From contig CP154954.1 of NCBI GenBank assembly GCA_039621445.1, positions 37,805,703 to 37,869,702 on the forward strand: DNA of 64,000 nucleotides. The letters are read 5' to 3'. The position numbers and the translations under genes are program-made. Source of the DNA: Euglena gracilis. Lineage: Eukaryota. A model generated the notes under the pieces. That model searched no databases, was not told where the DNA came from, and saw only the letters and a program-made list of their open reading frames with translations. How positions within the stretch are numbered: position 1 is the stretch's first letter; the number at the start of each line of letters is the position of its first letter. Below, piece by piece: positions 60,132 to 64,000 of the stretch.

Positions 60132-61261
60132 ACCCCCCCCACCCCGTCTCGCCGACTAGTTACCGACCAGGCCAAGTCGGCCGACCAATTGGGTAGTCGG
60201 CCGACTGCCCAATACCCCCCCCCCCCAGTCTACCGCCATGCGCCCCCTGGTCCTAGAGGCTGGTCGCACTTATTGGCAACCCCCTTTTCTGGGCATTGAC
60301 GCAACCTGGCCCCGAAAGTGATTGCCCCCACGCCTCGATTTAACAGCCAAAAACTGTCAGAATTTTTGCAACTCGGGGGGTTGAGCAGCTGTATTCCCCC
60401 CTCCCCAAATGGCAAAAATTTGAATTTTTTTGTGCGTTAGTCGGTTCTGGGGTTTTTGGGGGTGGGGAACCCAGCTGACCTGGTCCCGGGGACAGGTGGC
60501 AAGTTTTAGCACCACCTGAACCGCTGCTGGTCATCATCCCACAATTGCAAAATTTTGGCAATTTTTCGGTGCAAATCGGGGGCGATTGTTCGCTGCATGA
60601 CCGCCCCCCCCCCCCCAAACGACAGTGTCAAAAATTTTGGTTTGTGAAGGAACAGGTCCCGGGGGCTGGTGGCGCTTTTTGGCACCCCACATTTCCTGCA
60701 TTCAATCTGGCCTTGAAAATCACGCCCCCACGGCCCGATTGTCAAAATTTTGCAATTCGGGGGGTTTAGAGCAGCTGTATTCCCACCCCCGAATAACAAA
60801 ATTTTAAGAAAAACCCCTCAATGATCCCATTAATACCAGAACCAGTGCTGCTCAACCCCCCCAAATAGCAAAATTCTCACAATTTTTTGGTGTTTATCAG
60901 GGGGGGGGCATGGGGGGGCGTGGGGGCGTGACTTTCGGGGCCAGATTGCCTCAATGCCAGGAAATGGGGTTGCCAAAGAGCGCCACCAGCCCCCGGGACC
61001 AGGTCAGCTGGGTTCCCCATCCCCAAAAACCCCACTGTTTCGTAAGTGAGGAAACAGATCTTGGCCTGAAAATCACGCCCCGTGCCCTGGTTAACAGTTG
61101 AAAATTGTCAAAATTTTACAATTCGGGGTGTTGAGCAGCTGTATCCCCCACCTGAGTGGCAAATTTTTGACTTTTTTTTGTGTTTTTTTTGCATGCTGTG
61201 TTTTTGCCAAGAATTTTATGTGGTTGTCACTCCCCACACCTCTTGGCATTCAGGTACTCTC

Positions 61262-61512
61262 CAAGGAGGAGAAGGAGGAGGAAAATGAAGGAAAAAGAAG
61301 AATGAAAAAGGAGGAGGAAGAGGAAGAAGAGGGAAGAAGAGGAAGAAGAGGAAGAAGAGGAAGGAAGAAGGAAGGGGAAAAAGAAGAAGGAGCAAGAAGA
61401 AGGAAGCAGGCGATGGAATACGAAGGAGGAAGGAGAAGAAGGAAGAAAGAATGATCAGAGAAGAAGGAAAAGGGAATGATCAGAGAAGGAGAGGGAGACA
61501 ATGGAAGAGGAA
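61262..61512. repeat. GA-rich low-complexity tract
   Basis: ggaagaaga and gga repeats. Confidence 0.9.
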
Positions 61513-61544
61513 GGTGGCCATCGCCAACACCCACCTCCTCGCTT

Positions 61545-62109
61545 CCAGCCCAGTGCCCCGCACTACCACAAAATAGCTTGTGGTTGACAGTTTTTTTTTG
61601 TGAATTGGTCGCGTTGTTGTTTCCCCCGCGTGGTTATGCAATATAGCACCGGAACAAAGCTGTGTGTGTTTTTTTAGGAAGCTTGCATCCACGCAGACAC
61701 ACACACACACACACACGCACACGCGCGCGCACACACACACACACACTCACGTGCGCGCGCACACGCACACGCACACGCACTCACATATATGCACGCACAG
61801 AAGGTGCGAGGAACACAGCACATGCAGAGCAGGCAACACAGTTTGTTGTGGAGTTTGCGTTGTTTGTGTGAGTTGGGGGAGGGCACTGACGGGAGGCAGC
61901 GGCGGCCAGGCGGCGCAGGAGCGGGGGCAAGTGAAGGAGCGGGGGCGGGCCATCGAGCCATGGCCAGCCCGATACTCGCCTCCCCCTGCCAGACCAGTGC
62001 CCCCTGCTATCACAGAACAGGCCGTGGTCAACAATTTTTTGTGAATTGCATGCATTCCCCCCAGGTAACAAAGCTGAGAATTTTTTTTGAGAATGCTTCC
62101 ACACACGCG

Positions 62110-62155
<46 letters not shown>

Positions 62156-62350
62156 CGAACGCGGGCACGCATGCATATGCATGCACAGAAGGAGGGTGGA
62201 ACACATGCTTGCATCACATGCAGAGTGGACAAAATAGTTTGTGGTGGAGTTTGAATTTTTGACATGTTTGTGTGAGCAAAGGGATTGAAGGGAGGCAGCA
62301 GGCCAGGCAGCAGGAGCGGGGGCGCGCTGTGCGGGTACGCTTCCCCCACC
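61545..62350. repeat. Tandem ~445-bp duplication, each copy with a (CA)n/(CG)n microsatellite
   Basis: ccagtgcccc...gtgaattg at about 61550 and 61995; microsatellites at 61697-61795 and 62101-62152. Confidence 0.8.
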
Positions 62351-62719
62351 TCCACCTGCCCACCAGTCGGCTAGCTGCCAGGTGTGTGCTGCTGCCTCAG
62401 CAAGAAGGGGGGCTGGGTGTGTGCAACTGTGTGTATTGTATTTCAGCAGAAAGAAACCGACAATGATGTCAAGAAAAATATACATAGCGGATTTCCAGGT
62501 TGCCCATTTTTCAAAATCAGAAATGTTGTGCCCCGGGCACGTTTTCGTTGTTTTTTTTTTGCTGGCTTTTGGATTTTTTTGGTGTTATCAGCTTGTGGAC
62601 AATGAAGGGCAAAGTTTGATTGCAAGGCACAGCCGTGTTCCTGAGGCCAAAGATGATTTTTGTCATTTTCGGATTTTTCACCCAAGAAATTCCATATTTC
62701 CAGAATCAGCACGTTTCCA

Positions 62720-62960
62720 AAATGACAAAAAGCAAGCTTTTGGATTTTTTTTGGAAAGAAGGTGAAAAATGGCTCAAAGCTTGCGCCCATGTTGCAAAAA
62801 CAACCAAATTTGTGAAATTTTCCCGAGTCCCCTCCAGCACATTCCCAACATCAATTTTCCCTCAGTTTTTCCAAAGGCCTCCAACATCAATCCCCCCCCC
62901 CCCCTGTGCACTGCACAGAAGCTGGTCTGTGTGCAGACGGGTCTTTGTGTCACCGGATGG
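62720..62960 (+). pseudogene. Possible hAT transposase C-terminal dimerisation-domain remnant
   Basis: LLDFFWKEGEKWLKACAHVAK..VPSST..RSWSVCRR loosely fits the W..P.LA..A...P.SS..ERxFS pattern. Confidence 0.35.
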
Positions 62961-63471
62961 CAGGGTGACAGACATGTGGCCATTTGCTGATGTTTTGGTT
63001 TCATTGCTTGGCAGTTGGAAGTGCAGGAGTGAACTTTCTGAACACCCACCCAACAGCACCCGGGAGAAAATGACCCAAAGTCAATGGGTTGGTAGCCCAA
63101 ACCGGGGGGGGGGGGCGCTGGCGGGTCGAATAACGCTCATTTTCGGCCCAAAAATGGTTTGTCTGGGTCCGAGAGGCCAAAAAACATCGTTTCGGGCCCA
63201 AAAAAATTCGCGTTTTATCGCTTTTTTTGACCTGAAAATGACCCAAGGGGGTCCATCCACGTAGCAGCTTTTTTTTATATAACAGTTTCATGTTCCTGTC
63301 CATCCAGATTTTCGATTTGGTGGATGGAACAGGTTTTTGGTATTGCAGTTCACTCCACAGCCGAAAGCCTGTGGGACATTTTTGCTCATTTGGTGCCGAA
63401 GGCCCCAAATATGTGTATTATCTTTTCTGGCTTGCTTGCCATTCATTGATATCTGACGCTCCGGTTGGCGC

Positions 63472-63747
63472 CAGGTTGTTTTTTTTACCAACCCCAGGGG
63501 GGAGTGGGGGTTCGGAGTGCCTGTGAGTGCCTGCCCAGGCAGGCACTACCCCCCCCCCCTGGGGGGTCAGATTTTTGGCTCCCCGGCGCTTTGGTACCGG
63601 GTCTGTGCTAGGGCACTTGGCCCGTGTGCCCTCCCCCCCCCCCCCCCCCCCGGGGGTGGGTTGGATCAGGAGTGCCTTGGAGTGCCTGCCCAGGCAGGCA
63701 CCCCCCCCCCCCTGGGTGGGGTCGGCACCCGACTAAAATATGGCCTG
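63472..63747. mobile_element. hAT-type MITE (276 bp)
   Basis: cagg...cctg ends; TSD gttggcgc / gttggcac (7 of 8 match). Confidence 0.75.
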
Positions 63748-64000
63748 GTTGGCACAGGAGGAGTTCTTTTTTGGAATAAATATTACTTTTTATTGAAGTA
63801 TATCATTTAATTATAATGCCACTCCTGCTCCTGAGGGGGGGGGGGTTCTGCCAAAATGGCATTCATGCGGCCAGCCGGTCATGAAGGGTTTTCCGCTTGC
63901 CAACCGCCATGGTGGGTTCCCCACCCCCCTGCACCGTCGCCATGGACACTGCTCCTGTTCCTGTTCCACAGTCCCACTCTTTCAGGCTGCGCGACGCTCG

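Larger units (their letters stand above)
58120..60245. mobile_element. Composite TIR element (cggtagactggggggg / ccccccagtctaccg) with nested MITEs
   Basis: Inverted near-terminal motif and subterminal gtcggccgact repeats at both ends. Exact ends and TSD are uncertain. Confidence 0.55.

Noticed and set aside
61098-62485. E/R/K-rich and CV/HT-repeat ORFs
   Set aside because: Translations of GA-rich and CA microsatellites.

Overview
Repeat-saturated eukaryotic nuclear DNA; the organism cannot be determined from the sequence. 1-20 kb: decayed LTR retrotransposons. One minus-strand gag-protease polyprotein (2321-5317) carries a DIRS-type DNA N6-adenine methyltransferase-like domain between the protease and the pre-RT linker. 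A plus-strand relative has an LTR and an initiator-Met PBS (8615-13440). A Ty3/gypsy pol (16283-19985) is broken by two micro-inversions. 20-29.6 kb: three DIRS1-type tyrosine-recombinase retrotransposons nested inside each other; two are complete ~4.6-kb elements with ITRs, ICR, gag, RT/RNase H, methyltransferase and YR. 30-50 kb: a ~2.1-kb macrosatellite built from foldback pieces. Its first unit is interrupted by a 3.8-kb TIR element (9-bp TSD) whose interior is a 79/113-bp satellite. 50-64 kb: dense MITEs (several with 8-bp TSDs), microsatellites, a possible hAT transposase remnant and one probable host exon encoding an EF-hand pair. Most short ORFs in the supplied track are spurious readings of repeats.
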